Under the pieces are notes generated by a model. It saw nothing but the letters and a program-made list of their open reading frames with translations. It made no database searches and had not been told where the DNA came from. Below are positions 48,001 to 57,205 of a stretch of 64,000 bases of DNA, piece by piece (positions within the stretch are counted from its first letter, which is position 1; every line of letters starts with the position of its first letter). Source of the stretch: a virus (lineage: Duplodnaviria; Caudoviricetes); the IMG/VR virus record IMGVR_UViG_3300028591_000073, positions 160,001-224,000 of that record; one strand, given 5' to 3'. Position numbers and translations under genes: made by a program.

Positions 48001-48855
48001 ACCAGATGCCGGAGTATTGTCTTCTCCATAAGCATATGGAAATAGATAATGTGTTCCATGTCCATCTGTACCAGCTGTCAATATGGGCCAATCTTGATTT
48101 CCGGTATTACCATTGAATCCAATTGTTGGTAACGATCTTAAATTGTCAAACGTCATCCAGATAAACGGCAATTCTTCCATCCATGTTTCAAACGTAACAG
48201 TTTGTAACTCACCTTCAGTTGATATTGTCGAAGTATCTGATGCAATTAACATTTCTTCCAATGTTGCATCTGTGCCAAATGGTGTTGTATTCTCAAACCA
48301 ATATGTGGTGGATGTTGGACTTTCAGATGCAGTATGATATGCAACCAATGGAAAAACGTCATAGTCCTCTGATCCTTCGTATGCTTGTACATGTAAGAAT
48401 GGAGGGGATGTTGTCTTCCATACAACATGTGGATATACTTTATTTTCAGAATCCGACAAGGCTCGTGGTAGTATCACTTTCTTGACATTCGTAAATGTGA
48501 GATACACTTTGCGATTATGAAGAACCCCTTTTTTTAGTATCGCCATGACACAACATTCTTGTTCATAACTGTCTCTGTTGTCCGAATACTTTAATTCAAA
48601 AAATTGTTTAAAAGCATCTTCACTCGTAGAAAGTAACTGAATATCGCCCAGAGGTGGGCGATCTAATTTCAACTTCCTTGTTTCTAATAGTAATTCAGAA
48701 CCCCAGTTTTGTATGTTACTGGAGTATTGTGTTTGATTTGTTGCGGTATATCCAAATGACTTTGGTGTATACCCATTAAACAGTCTCTCATCCATATGTA
48801 ACTTTTGCCTCATGGAGTCTGGAGTAACATTTGGAGTTTGACGAATCACATTCAT
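45001..48855 (-). CDS. large probable tail/baseplate-associated structural protein, paralogue of 40458..45017
   Basis: 1284 aa; shared domains as above. Confidence 0.65.
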   Translation of the reverse strand: MNVIRQTPNVTPDSMRQKLHMDERLFNGYTPKSFGYTATNQTQYSSNIQNWGSELLLETRKLKLDRPPLGDIQLLSTSEDAFKQFFELKYSDNRDSYEQECCVMAILKKGVLHNRKVYLTFTNVKKVILPRALSDSENKVYPHVVWKTTSPPFLHVQAYEGSEDYDVFPLVAYHTASESPTSTTYWFENTTPFGTDATLEEMLIASDTSTISTEGELQTVTFETWMEELPFIWMTFDNLRSLPTIGFNGNTGNQDWPILTAGTDGHGTHYLFPYAYGEDNTPASGVSTNTRWLIRVHPRYVFNIGTKNDIESNQTQEIDYIEFVGYENDDPFGVDNHRGVVKVTFDNNHVRLRFVEDGIWGFSHWQFRKPVDGDWDYDGTRYQNPIYGYMEYGYTNTSPLLNPIFKIIPQMDVLTDDDVSRHNVAIGIHSDTSSEYSQHAVIKKNGTIFNLGDFDGLPPYYAYKLPRDVSRSHTEMYAIKDRTDVNQNIAMNNYVAAMLIDSAIPQTKMNDIVEDAESAIVFDYANMRTYKTIEDKILTANNIASDIGYINRDTFIDINKKGYQDSQKFIYHGNRIFSLGVMGLDPELETGRVYYLSNDGASYENNEIAIASKPKRTVARICDIPTDMGQLISIKGIAPTLTIDEYYTRSEQAYTLLDRERVWQIINNGVIVHDENGRYIFGAEELLDDTLSYEYMRETYFAPSILNPTITMTDGLHAKNEALDGDYYWTIASGGVDYRVGDTVQGYIAGHIMKGVVATVDGTGSVTEVVAYNPDAPDLQIPVMNFYARDSYIDCFTIKKAQYASKSQGLRLHLHLADHVWPYDSPVLMEQYIRYSHIPNLFTFQFDMLGNIWLYEYQYHEDEKAAIALMVEDLDLGQHDDETDEAYDTRIQSLWDSRDDWREKYLALTGLSWVSVCQMTGDTITDNPYDDMDTRKNRGLFSIMMQKFQWDISKYTFGSSYQYLWAVSNITTVARSEIIDETLDMMMNNYPSEAKALYENAVMEYIDHHAILYEGSYITYKEVGDEEHRNISIYQIYPNINNNREFKLPVAHKAKLHSRGGLSNQLIFANTGKIRNHKNMQPIVYVFNPKSTTYENTMEVTYNISQTTDHYQVLYVDFPQISAGLQLWTEISGSVILDVDVWKYIGYEECTIDQPKHPYHPNVDDDKLPLQKLGNADDVVLRTQNRRYQPLTEQPTGAMHNISIRQYPSAYRTGRGGVYDSELLFFFKLPDDATLQGFHMKDDVTMEDISKYCILLHRKRLYYYNESIDRWKLVSGKETDEDDS

Positions 48856-48958
48856 ACGATCACCTTATTTCTTATTTTGATAAACATATAATTGACATGA
48901 CGATGTACCAGACGATACTTCGTTAATTTATTCTACTATTTATAAGGAGGAAAAAATT

Positions 48959-50590
48959 ATGCTCGATTATTGTATCTCGAACATGGAAAACCCGCTGGAA
49001 CACATCACGGTTGACATGGGTGAAGACAGACCTCTTGTGGACTTTGTTATTAAAGCCATTAGTGGTTTACAAATCATCAATCAACTGCGACTGTATCCAA
49101 TCGAAGGTGCGGATAATGCACCATTCGTTGCAATTGGAAATTGGCATTGGAATCCCCATCCCTTGTCAGGGGATATTCAAACCAAACGTCGTGAAACAGG
49201 AACAAAGCTGAAGACAAAGAATATCTCCGACAACCGTATTGGTGTATTGGATTTTGATGTGTATGTGGAAGCACGTGACAAGAATAAGAATCTTGTATCA
49301 CAAGTCATTCACAACACACTTCACATTCCGATTGCTGATGAAAAAGGTAGATATTATTTGGACAATCTTCGTTATTCCGAATATCAGCTTGTAGACAAAT
49401 TATTGTATCCTGGTGGAAAAAATACCTTCACCATCAAGTCTCTACTGCCGGTTGTCATTCGCTATGAAGATGCAACAGCCGTATCCATGGATGGAATGAT
49501 TGTTACAGCCAAGGTTGGTATGGTGAAAATCTTCACTACGATGGAACCGATTCTGTCTTGTTTCATGCATGTGCCGGCGGTACTGAGTTATTTGGAGGTC
49601 TTCCCAATCTTACAGTTCTGCGACCATGTCTATGAAGATAAAAATGACTTCGAATACTTCAAACCTTTGGAAGATGTCGACATCTATATCAAGGCATACA
49701 AGAAAGGCTTGAATAAGTTCGAATATGTCAGAACCATTTTGGTGATGGCAATCCAGCTCATCCAGTCATATCATCCAAATAATATCGATGAACTGAGAAA
49801 TCCACAATGGTGGGTATATCAGTTAAGTTATTATGATGGAATGGTGGAACATCGTGGTGCTTGTCATCAGATGCATGTGGCAAGAATGTTGGATACTATC
49901 AGTGCTCAGGTATTACCCATTCCTGAGATTGATAAACGTATCATGATTTCATTGTTGAAATATGTACTCCAAACAGAATTTGATGATATGAACTTCTTCT
50001 CATTTGAGAATAAGCGTCTCAGAAGAAATGAGGTTATCAGTACAATTATCACAGCAATGGTATCTGATAAACTGAAACAGATGTTCCGTTATGGTGCATT
50101 GGCGATGATGTCTGATATCGAAGGTTGTTTCAAGTTCTCACCTGATTGCATCTTGAGAAAGATGTATGAACTTGGCACGGTTCATTCCATCGACTTTGCC
50201 AATGATTTAGATTACCCTCACTTGTTATCATATACAAGGAAGGGTCCAAATTCGCTTGGCCGTTTAGATAGGCATAAGATTGGTTTCATCCACAAACAAA
50301 TGAACCCATCCATGATTGGAAAGGTTGACTTCATCGAATCCTCGAAAGATGTTGGTCAGTCTGGTACAATCTCACCATATGCCGATGTATCCGTATTCTC
50401 AGATGTGAACGTTAATAAGTATCCGAATATTAAGTTTGATTTATACAAGTTCATTGAGAAGGAATTCCCCAACAGAGCCCTCAGATTTGATGCAAACAAT
50501 ATTGCGGAATATAACCAGATTCTGGATAAGATGGTGATGTCGGTATATATGGATATGGATTATCATATCAAACCAAAGGAGGCAGTATAA
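48959..50590 (+). CDS. multisubunit phage RNA polymerase beta subunit, N-terminal part (phiKZ/AR9-type split RNAP)
   Basis: IPIADEKGRYYL..YQLVD; YTRKGPNSLG..MNPSMIGKVD..SSKDVGQSGTISP resembling the beta fork-loop region. Confidence 0.7.
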   Translation: MLDYCISNMENPLEHITVDMGEDRPLVDFVIKAISGLQIINQLRLYPIEGADNAPFVAIGNWHWNPHPLSGDIQTKRRETGTKLKTKNISDNRIGVLDFDVYVEARDKNKNLVSQVIHNTLHIPIADEKGRYYLDNLRYSEYQLVDKLLYPGGKNTFTIKSLLPVVIRYEDATAVSMDGMIVTAKVGMVKIFTTMEPILSCFMHVPAVLSYLEVFPILQFCDHVYEDKNDFEYFKPLEDVDIYIKAYKKGLNKFEYVRTILVMAIQLIQSYHPNNIDELRNPQWWVYQLSYYDGMVEHRGACHQMHVARMLDTISAQVLPIPEIDKRIMISLLKYVLQTEFDDMNFFSFENKRLRRNEVISTIITAMVSDKLKQMFRYGALAMMSDIEGCFKFSPDCILRKMYELGTVHSIDFANDLDYPHLLSYTRKGPNSLGRLDRHKIGFIHKQMNPSMIGKVDFIESSKDVGQSGTISPYADVSVFSDVNVNKYPNIKFDLYKFIEKEFPNRALRFDANNIAEYNQILDKMVMSVYMDMDYHIKPKEAV

Positions 50591-51120
50591 TGGATAAGAT
50601 AACTCACACGATGTATCGTTGTTCTGTCAATAAACAAATCAAAGTGGAGTATCAATTCCAAAAGAAAACCGATGGCAAATTTAGTACCATTCGTGAATTC
50701 AAGAATAACATGTATATTGAACCTTCTTTCTCGTTAACAATTGGGGAGCCATATGGCTCCCCTAATCGTATATTCATTGTTAGCAAAGATTATTGGCAAT
50801 TTGTCATGTTATTGGAAAAGAGTGTCAGATTGATTCAAGAACATGTGTTAGAATTGTTTCCCGATTTGTCATCCAATGAATTTGAGATTGATTCCCGGGT
50901 TTTAGAACGATTCTCAACTGAAAAAGCAATGCATATTAATGGAATGACCATTCTCCCGTGTACATGGTCAAATGATGTAAATGAAACATTTCCGGCTATC
51001 TTAGTGAATACCATACATGGTAGCTGTCGCATTCCATTAGAAGATGCTATGGTTATCTCAAAGATGTTATCCACATTTGACCCGATTACTTTCGGATTGT
51101 TGATGATGAACATGTTTTAA
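50590..51120 (+). CDS. hypothetical protein
   Basis: Translationally coupled to RNAP gene (TAATG). Confidence 0.7.
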   Translation: MDKITHTMYRCSVNKQIKVEYQFQKKTDGKFSTIREFKNNMYIEPSFSLTIGEPYGSPNRIFIVSKDYWQFVMLLEKSVRLIQEHVLELFPDLSSNEFEIDSRVLERFSTEKAMHINGMTILPCTWSNDVNETFPAILVNTIHGSCRIPLEDAMVISKMLSTFDPITFGLLMMNMF

Positions 51121-51232
51121 TATGTACGGGGCCATATGGCCCCGTGTTATTTTTTTGATCTTATATCTATATATAATTAATATGATAATATCATATGAAA
51201 AATAAAATAATAATTTGAAAGGAGGATTTCAT

Positions 51233-51757
51233 ATGACAATTTATCAGCTGAAACAATTAGGTTATCATAACCTGAGCTCAAAATCCATGAGCTCGAATAT
51301 GGTAAATGTTTGTAATCAATATGGAATTACCATAATGATTGCAAAACGTAAAGACCTGCGTGCAGCAGGTATCGATGTGCAACACGACCAGAATCACCAG
51401 GTCGCTGCTGCAAACATCGAGGATCGTTTAATCGTCCTTAACCAGGACGGTTTGAACGATCTTGGTCTGCGTCTTCATGAGGCGTGGGCAGTGATATGGC
51501 ATGAGATCGGCCACATCGTTCTTCACACAGAAAATGAACAGGAAGCCGATCTCTATGCCATCAAAAATCTTAAGGCCGAACTCGGAAACGAGGAAGGCAT
51601 CAATGCATACTTTGGTGATATTTGTAAGACGTACATCTATCATATGATGCGGCGTCACAAGGAATCATCTAAATATGCATTTAGATTGAAACATCAGAAA
51701 GCCAATTACAAAAGATTCTTGGACGAAGTTCCAATCCCGAGTAATTGTGATTTCTGA
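51233..51757 (+). CDS. HExxH zinc metallopeptidase (IrrE/ImmA-like)
   Basis: IWHEIGHIVLH..EQEADLYA; GAAAGGAGG RBS. Confidence 0.7.
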   Translation: MTIYQLKQLGYHNLSSKSMSSNMVNVCNQYGITIMIAKRKDLRAAGIDVQHDQNHQVAAANIEDRLIVLNQDGLNDLGLRLHEAWAVIWHEIGHIVLHTENEQEADLYAIKNLKAELGNEEGINAYFGDICKTYIYHMMRRHKESSKYAFRLKHQKANYKRFLDEVPIPSNCDF

Positions 51758-51801
51758 AAATAGAGAACAACTCCTTCCATTCGGGAGTTGTTTTTCTTGT
51801 G

Positions 51802-53730
51802 TTATTGTTGTGAAATTCTAGTATGTCGATTGACAATTGTATGGAATGCGTTTGTCATGGATTCACCCATGTTATAGAATATATTTTCATAATAGGATGC
51901 AGCCAATGCCAATCTGGTCACTAAACGAGCTGCAGAATTAGAACGGTATTTATCAACACCTGTACATTGTGCAATGTAATCAAACATGGTTTGGTTATTC
52001 AAGAAATATGCCGGTTTGTTCATTGGTGTTGTTACCATCGTATGACATAAGTCTGTAATTTGCATTGTAACATTAATTGACAAAGGATATCCATTCACAC
52101 TTAATGCATTTCCTTCCGGATTTTTTTGTACACTAACAGATGTGATCATTCCCAATCTCGTTCCCCACACACCTGGGATGCTGCATTGAATGAGTGGCGG
52201 ATATTGATATGCTGCAGCGGAGTGCTCTGACATCTTTGGTAGACACATTCCCAAGATGTGAAACAAGGGAACAAGTACCTCTGTAAGATAAGTATACGGA
52301 TCACCACGTGAAGCACGAAGTTTTACGGAAACGGACATGCCGGATGTAGCCGAAGCTTCGGTGAAAATCTGTGGATAGATGGTATGGTCGCCCAAATAAG
52401 AACGAGCCATACTTGAAAATGCAGAAGCCGTGAATCGACCAACACCAAATGTCAATGCTTGCATGACTCCTTCTGCTGCATTAATTGCAGAACCGGCTAA
52501 TGACACAACTTGGTCATCAATAACATTTGCGGATGAGTTTGTAATAAATGCCAACTCAGCACCAATTGCCGATCCTTGTTTCATGACGCTGGAATAGATC
52601 TGTGATTCACCAACATTGTTTGTGTATGATTCTGATTCTGTTACAGTATCAATCATAAAGGAAACATATTGATTTGTTTCTCCGGCCATATTATCAATAT
52701 TGGTTGCAGTTCCAACACCCTTACCGTCCATATCGGATGTGATATAACGATAATTTGTCCACACATCATCTGCACCAGATTCATATCGAACATGCATGCC
52801 GATTGGATATAATTGGTTGCCGATACGAACACGTGCACTCTGTAATCCAAGCATCACGACAGCTGCATTAATCATCATTTTTACATTATTGATGTACGTC
52901 TGCCAGTCTGCTTCAAAGGTGTAAAATGGTTGATTTACGGATAAAGAATGAATCAATGGAACACCGAGACCAACCAATCGAGAATCGAAGTTTTCCATGA
53001 ATTCATCTGCACCACGGGTAATTTTATCCCATGCAAGTGATTTGATATCCGATGCCAAATCATTTCCATAATCACCATAATCGCCATATCGACTGGATAA
53101 TTCTGCTTGGTCAACATAAGTAATACGATTGGAACCTCCAACACCGTTGTCTTCTTCTGTATTTGTGATGCTTTGTGCTGTGGAAGCCACACCAGCTAAT
53201 GCATCTTGTACAGCACCAACACCTGTTGCGGTGACTTCACCACTATCTGATGTGGTTTCTGTTGCTTCTTCCGTGGTTGTTTCTGAAGTGGTTTCTAATG
53301 GAATCTTTTCAGCAGCCAATGCTTGTTCGATCAAGGTGTCCATTTCTGCAGTGGCTATTTTGGATGGTGCACCTGCTGGAGCAACTGCATCACCTGATGT
53401 GTTAAAAACATCATATCGATCCAATGCCACTTGGTATGTTTTGAATTGACGAATGATATCTGCAATGGAATTATAACCGCCTGTAAATAAAGCTCTACCA
53501 ACAAAGAAATTGGCAACTTGTGCTGGTTTTAATACATTATTTCGATACCAATCTCCGGTAGCTCCTTCATTCTGACCATCCATTGATGAATCAATTCTCA
53601 TATCACATAAATCGGATAATTGTGGAGGTGATCCAAATAAACGTGGAGAATAGTTTGGTTCTATTGGATTATTTTGAACAAATGATTCTTTTGATTTCGC
53701 TTGTCCTAATCCAGGTAAAAAGAATGACAT
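51802..53730 (-). CDS. probable baseplate hub/tail-tube-initiator-like structural protein
   Basis: C-terminal YPPLIQC..GMITSVSVQK..GYPLSINVTMQITDL resembles T4 gp48/gp54/tube-type fold. Confidence 0.55.
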   Translation of the reverse strand: MSFFLPGLGQAKSKESFVQNNPIEPNYSPRLFGSPPQLSDLCDMRIDSSMDGQNEGATGDWYRNNVLKPAQVANFFVGRALFTGGYNSIADIIRQFKTYQVALDRYDVFNTSGDAVAPAGAPSKIATAEMDTLIEQALAAEKIPLETTSETTTEEATETTSDSGEVTATGVGAVQDALAGVASTAQSITNTEEDNGVGGSNRITYVDQAELSSRYGDYGDYGNDLASDIKSLAWDKITRGADEFMENFDSRLVGLGVPLIHSLSVNQPFYTFEADWQTYINNVKMMINAAVVMLGLQSARVRIGNQLYPIGMHVRYESGADDVWTNYRYITSDMDGKGVGTATNIDNMAGETNQYVSFMIDTVTESESYTNNVGESQIYSSVMKQGSAIGAELAFITNSSANVIDDQVVSLAGSAINAAEGVMQALTFGVGRFTASAFSSMARSYLGDHTIYPQIFTEASATSGMSVSVKLRASRGDPYTYLTEVLVPLFHILGMCLPKMSEHSAAAYQYPPLIQCSIPGVWGTRLGMITSVSVQKNPEGNALSVNGYPLSINVTMQITDLCHTMVTTPMNKPAYFLNNQTMFDYIAQCTGVDKYRSNSAARLVTRLALAASYYENIFYNMGESMTNAFHTIVNRHTRISQQ

Positions 53731-53814
53731 ATCTCATTACTCCTTTCTATACGTATAAGATTATTTAAGCGTCTATATATGGATTTTATCATAATAATAA
53801 TAAAAGTTAGAATA

Positions 53815-53978
53815 TACATACTATTGACGGGATAATAACGACGGAGGAGTTATTATCCTTATATAATATACATTGTATACAATAAGGAATTAATAATAGT
53901 TATAGTTTAGATATACTATATAGAATTCCATTTGTATACAGAAGAAAACAGTTACAAAAGTCGCGATGGAAAAGCCTT
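53815..53978. repeat. inverted copy of 39180-39335 element
   Basis: Direct comparison. Confidence 0.8.
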
Positions 53979-54092
53979 ATATGATAACCCGCCGAAAGGC
54001 GGGTATTCTATTATTCTCTCTTTTCATATAGATATCATTAATATGATATAGAAATATATCAAAATAAATTTATTTATAAGGAGGCTTTCAAT

Positions 54093-54905
54093 ATGAAAGT
54101 TAGAACTGGAAATTTCGAATTTGTGACAAACATTAATGACGACATCCGTTATGACACATTGAACAGGTTGTGCAATATCTCCAATGAGAATGTGGAGCTT
54201 GTGTACGGCATCGATTACGAAAAGCATGCCGCACACCATTACAACAAGCTCAGCCATGTTCATAATGGTATGAAATATTGGGTAGACGCTATCATGCCAG
54301 AGCATGCGGATGTCAAAACCGGGTTTGCCATTGATGTTCTTCATAAGGGAAATGATACATGGACAAAATCAAGTATTTCAATTTTCCCGATTGAAGATGG
54401 TGTGAAAAGAGAGAAACCAGTTGTTCAATTTGAGCAAACAAAGGGGTTCGAAAATCTTTTCCATGCAAGAAATGGCATGGTGCTCTCAACATGGGTACAT
54501 GAAACAATCAGATGCCCTGTGGTCCAGTACATTGTTGGTGAGATCAGTTTCTCTGATATCGTTGAGAAGTACATGCTGTACTCAAACATCCCGTGGGATG
54601 GCATGACCACTCTGTTCTCGATGATTACAGAAGAACAGAGAAGACAACTCATCAACGAGCATACGGATACAGATAACAAATGGCATGTGACAGATGTCAT
54701 CTATCAAATTGAACTCCTCGCAAATGCAGAGTTAATGAACAACATGCATGACTATGACGAGTTCAAAAAGAAGTTTAAAAGAGAAGATATCCTTTCCGCA
54801 ATCAGAGATTGCAATCGGAAGGGAAATCACGAACTTCAAATCTTCCTCAATCACTGTGTCCCGCAGGAAACTGAGGAAGATCGGAGAAAGAGATGGGAGC
54901 TGTAA
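54093..54905 (+). CDS. hypothetical protein, distant member of LNHY..WEL family
   Basis: C-terminal NRKGNHELQIFLNH..RWEL; same promoter motif as the 34-kb cluster. Confidence 0.7.
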   Translation: MKVRTGNFEFVTNINDDIRYDTLNRLCNISNENVELVYGIDYEKHAAHHYNKLSHVHNGMKYWVDAIMPEHADVKTGFAIDVLHKGNDTWTKSSISIFPIEDGVKREKPVVQFEQTKGFENLFHARNGMVLSTWVHETIRCPVVQYIVGEISFSDIVEKYMLYSNIPWDGMTTLFSMITEEQRRQLINEHTDTDNKWHVTDVIYQIELLANAELMNNMHDYDEFKKKFKREDILSAIRDCNRKGNHELQIFLNHCVPQETEEDRRKRWEL

Positions 54906-55217
54906 TATGCTCCTGTCTCTATCCCTTCGGGGAATACATGATATCCATCAATATTTTATTTTTCTATTATTTTAATTTTTGAAATATATATAATTAATAT
55001 GATATCAATGAATATCAAATTCATTTGTTAGTAGATCTAATGCGAAGGGATCGAAAGCAATTGAGGATGATGGAGATATCGGATGAAGCTTACATCCTAA
55101 AAGAAAGCGATCCTTCTCATACCAGCCGAGAAGTAAAATAACGCTGGAGTCACTGGCAACAATACAAAGTGGGACGTCCGAGGATTAGTGAACCTCGCCC
55201 ACAAAGGAGAAATTCTT

Positions 55218-55469
55218 ATGACATTATTCACACTGATTGACAGATTATCCGATAATGACATCTTCGCAATGCCTTTCGATAGCTACACAATCACCCTAGT
55301 CAAGTACAATCACAAAGAAACTGCCGATTACCTCCCAGGCATGGTCTCCATAGGTCAGGTGGAGTACGACCATATCGATGATGCGGTAACCAATCCGCAC
55401 ATCGATATGGACAACGATACCCTCACAGACGCCGACAAGGCTTTGTTGAAGGAGGTGTTCAATCTCTGA
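55218..55469 (+). CDS. small acidic hypothetical protein
   Basis: AAAGGAG RBS before MTLFT. Confidence 0.65.
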   Translation: MTLFTLIDRLSDNDIFAMPFDSYTITLVKYNHKETADYLPGMVSIGQVEYDHIDDAVTNPHIDMDNDTLTDADKALLKEVFNL

Positions 55470-55632
55470 TCAATCAACCTGAGTAGGTTGTAAAACTACT
55501 CAAAGAAAGGATCACTGTGTAGGTGAACCCTCAGCAATAGTTGAGGCCGCCGATAGCTGATCCGACATCCATACTCGGACTGTCGTGAGACAGCCCTTCC
55601 CGTGTAAATCATCTTAGAAAGGAGGTGATTAC

Positions 55633-55851
55633 ATGAAAAAGAATTTCGTTCTTGGTTCCAGTCTTGATTCAGTTGAAGACGATGTGCTCGGGTTCGCCCG
55701 CAGACACAATCTGACAATTGAAGACAGACGTGAATATGACGAAGAGGGCAGACAGGAATTTGAATGTGACAGATTCATCCCGTCATACCTCAACGTCAAA
55801 TTCATGGATAGAAAGGGAGTCAAAGTCAACGTAACATTTGTTTACGAATGA
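55633..55851 (+). CDS. small hypothetical protein
   Basis: GAAAGGAGGTGA RBS. Confidence 0.7.
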   Translation: MKKNFVLGSSLDSVEDDVLGFARRHNLTIEDRREYDEEGRQEFECDRFIPSYLNVKFMDRKGVKVNVTFVYE

Positions 55852-55876
55852 TCTAACTCCAATCTATCTTGGATAA

Positions 55877-56082
55877 GGACGCCCCGTACGTGGGGGAAGG
55901 ATAATAAATACGCGTATACAGCCTAGGCATGCTGTTATAAAAACCGCCCACCAAATTGAGGTCCTCGGCATGACCGTCATTAGAAAAGAACTGCCGGTGT
56001 CCTGAGTATGACACCTAGCCAAAAAAGAACTGCTCACAATCCAGGTCCTGAATATGACCTGGATAACAAAAAGAACTATTCA
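55877..56082 (+). ncRNA. array of H-type pseudoknots (one type-A plus four tandem type-B units) followed by terminator at 56082-56107
   Basis: Stem-CTNRRYAT-stem, A-rich linker, AACY plus loop-complementary tail; compensatory changes between units. Confidence 0.65.
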
Positions 56083-56280
56083 AAAGGAGATCCAAGATCT
56101 CTTTTTTCTTTTAACTTTTTTCTTTTTTGGCATGTATATACTTAATTTGACCGAAGGTCAAATTGTAATAATAACATTAATAGAGAATTCATAATATTTT
56201 ATATTTATGGATATATAAAGTTATTATGTACAGACACCTTAGGTCTTGTATAAAATGTCATATGAAAGGAGAAATGCAAT

Positions 56281-57108
56281 ATGCCTATTGCGAGTATCAT
56301 CTCGGGATTAACAGCGCTTGCGGGAAGTGGTATGGCCGTAGCAAAGATGATTCGAGATGATAAACAATCACGATATCCACCGGAATATCTCATGTACAAA
56401 GACATGATGAAAGATGCTCGGAAATATGGATATCCACCGATGGGAATGATGATACAACAACCATTCATTGCTCCCATGGCACAACCACCACAACCAATTA
56501 TGGTGCAACCAGATTTGGTGAATCAGATTCTTCAGGAATATCAGAAACAACAGTTGTCACAAATGATTGCGAATATGGTCACACAAGCCATTCAGAAACG
56601 TTTGAGTCAGCCGCAACAAATGTATGTTCCCAGAAGACCAGATTATGGTTATCAACCTCAACCTGTCCAACCCATCTCGTATGGATATCAACCTCGGGTT
56701 CCACCACCATTACCAAATCTTCAATATTATGCGGAACCGATGTGGGAGACGCCTGCAGATGGAGTCGCTGTCCAAACTCCACCTCCAGCACCATCCCCAT
56801 ATCAACTTGCCTTGGTTCCAAAACCAATTCCCATGCCACAACCACAGCCTCAACCGTATGTCGCTCCGATACCACCACCGCCTCCGAGTGTGAAGTTCTG
56901 CCAGCCTGAACAATTTGTACAACAGCCACAGCCACAGACACCACTTGTGATGCCTGGTAGCGGAAATATGTATCAATCCCAATTATCATGGGAATCGTCG
57001 AATGCTTTTAATGTCGACCAGAATGGTTTGCAGTCATTTATCTCACATTGTGACAATCGACCAAAGGTTCCTGATAATTATGTCGGGAACACATTAGACG
57101 TGTGGTGA
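56281..57108 (+). CDS. Pro/Gln-rich low-complexity protein
   Basis: GAAAGGAG RBS; 275 aa, probably largely disordered. Confidence 0.7.
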   Translation: MPIASIISGLTALAGSGMAVAKMIRDDKQSRYPPEYLMYKDMMKDARKYGYPPMGMMIQQPFIAPMAQPPQPIMVQPDLVNQILQEYQKQQLSQMIANMVTQAIQKRLSQPQQMYVPRRPDYGYQPQPVQPISYGYQPRVPPPLPNLQYYAEPMWETPADGVAVQTPPPAPSPYQLALVPKPIPMPQPQPQPYVAPIPPPPPSVKFCQPEQFVQQPQPQTPLVMPGSGNMYQSQLSWESSNAFNVDQNGLQSFISHCDNRPKVPDNYVGNTLDVW

Positions 57109-57205
57109 TAAATATGAAAAACCGATATGACATACGGATACGAAGTCCGACAAAGAATGATGTTCTTTCGAAATCAAAATTATCAATATTAATGGAGGTC
57201 TTATT

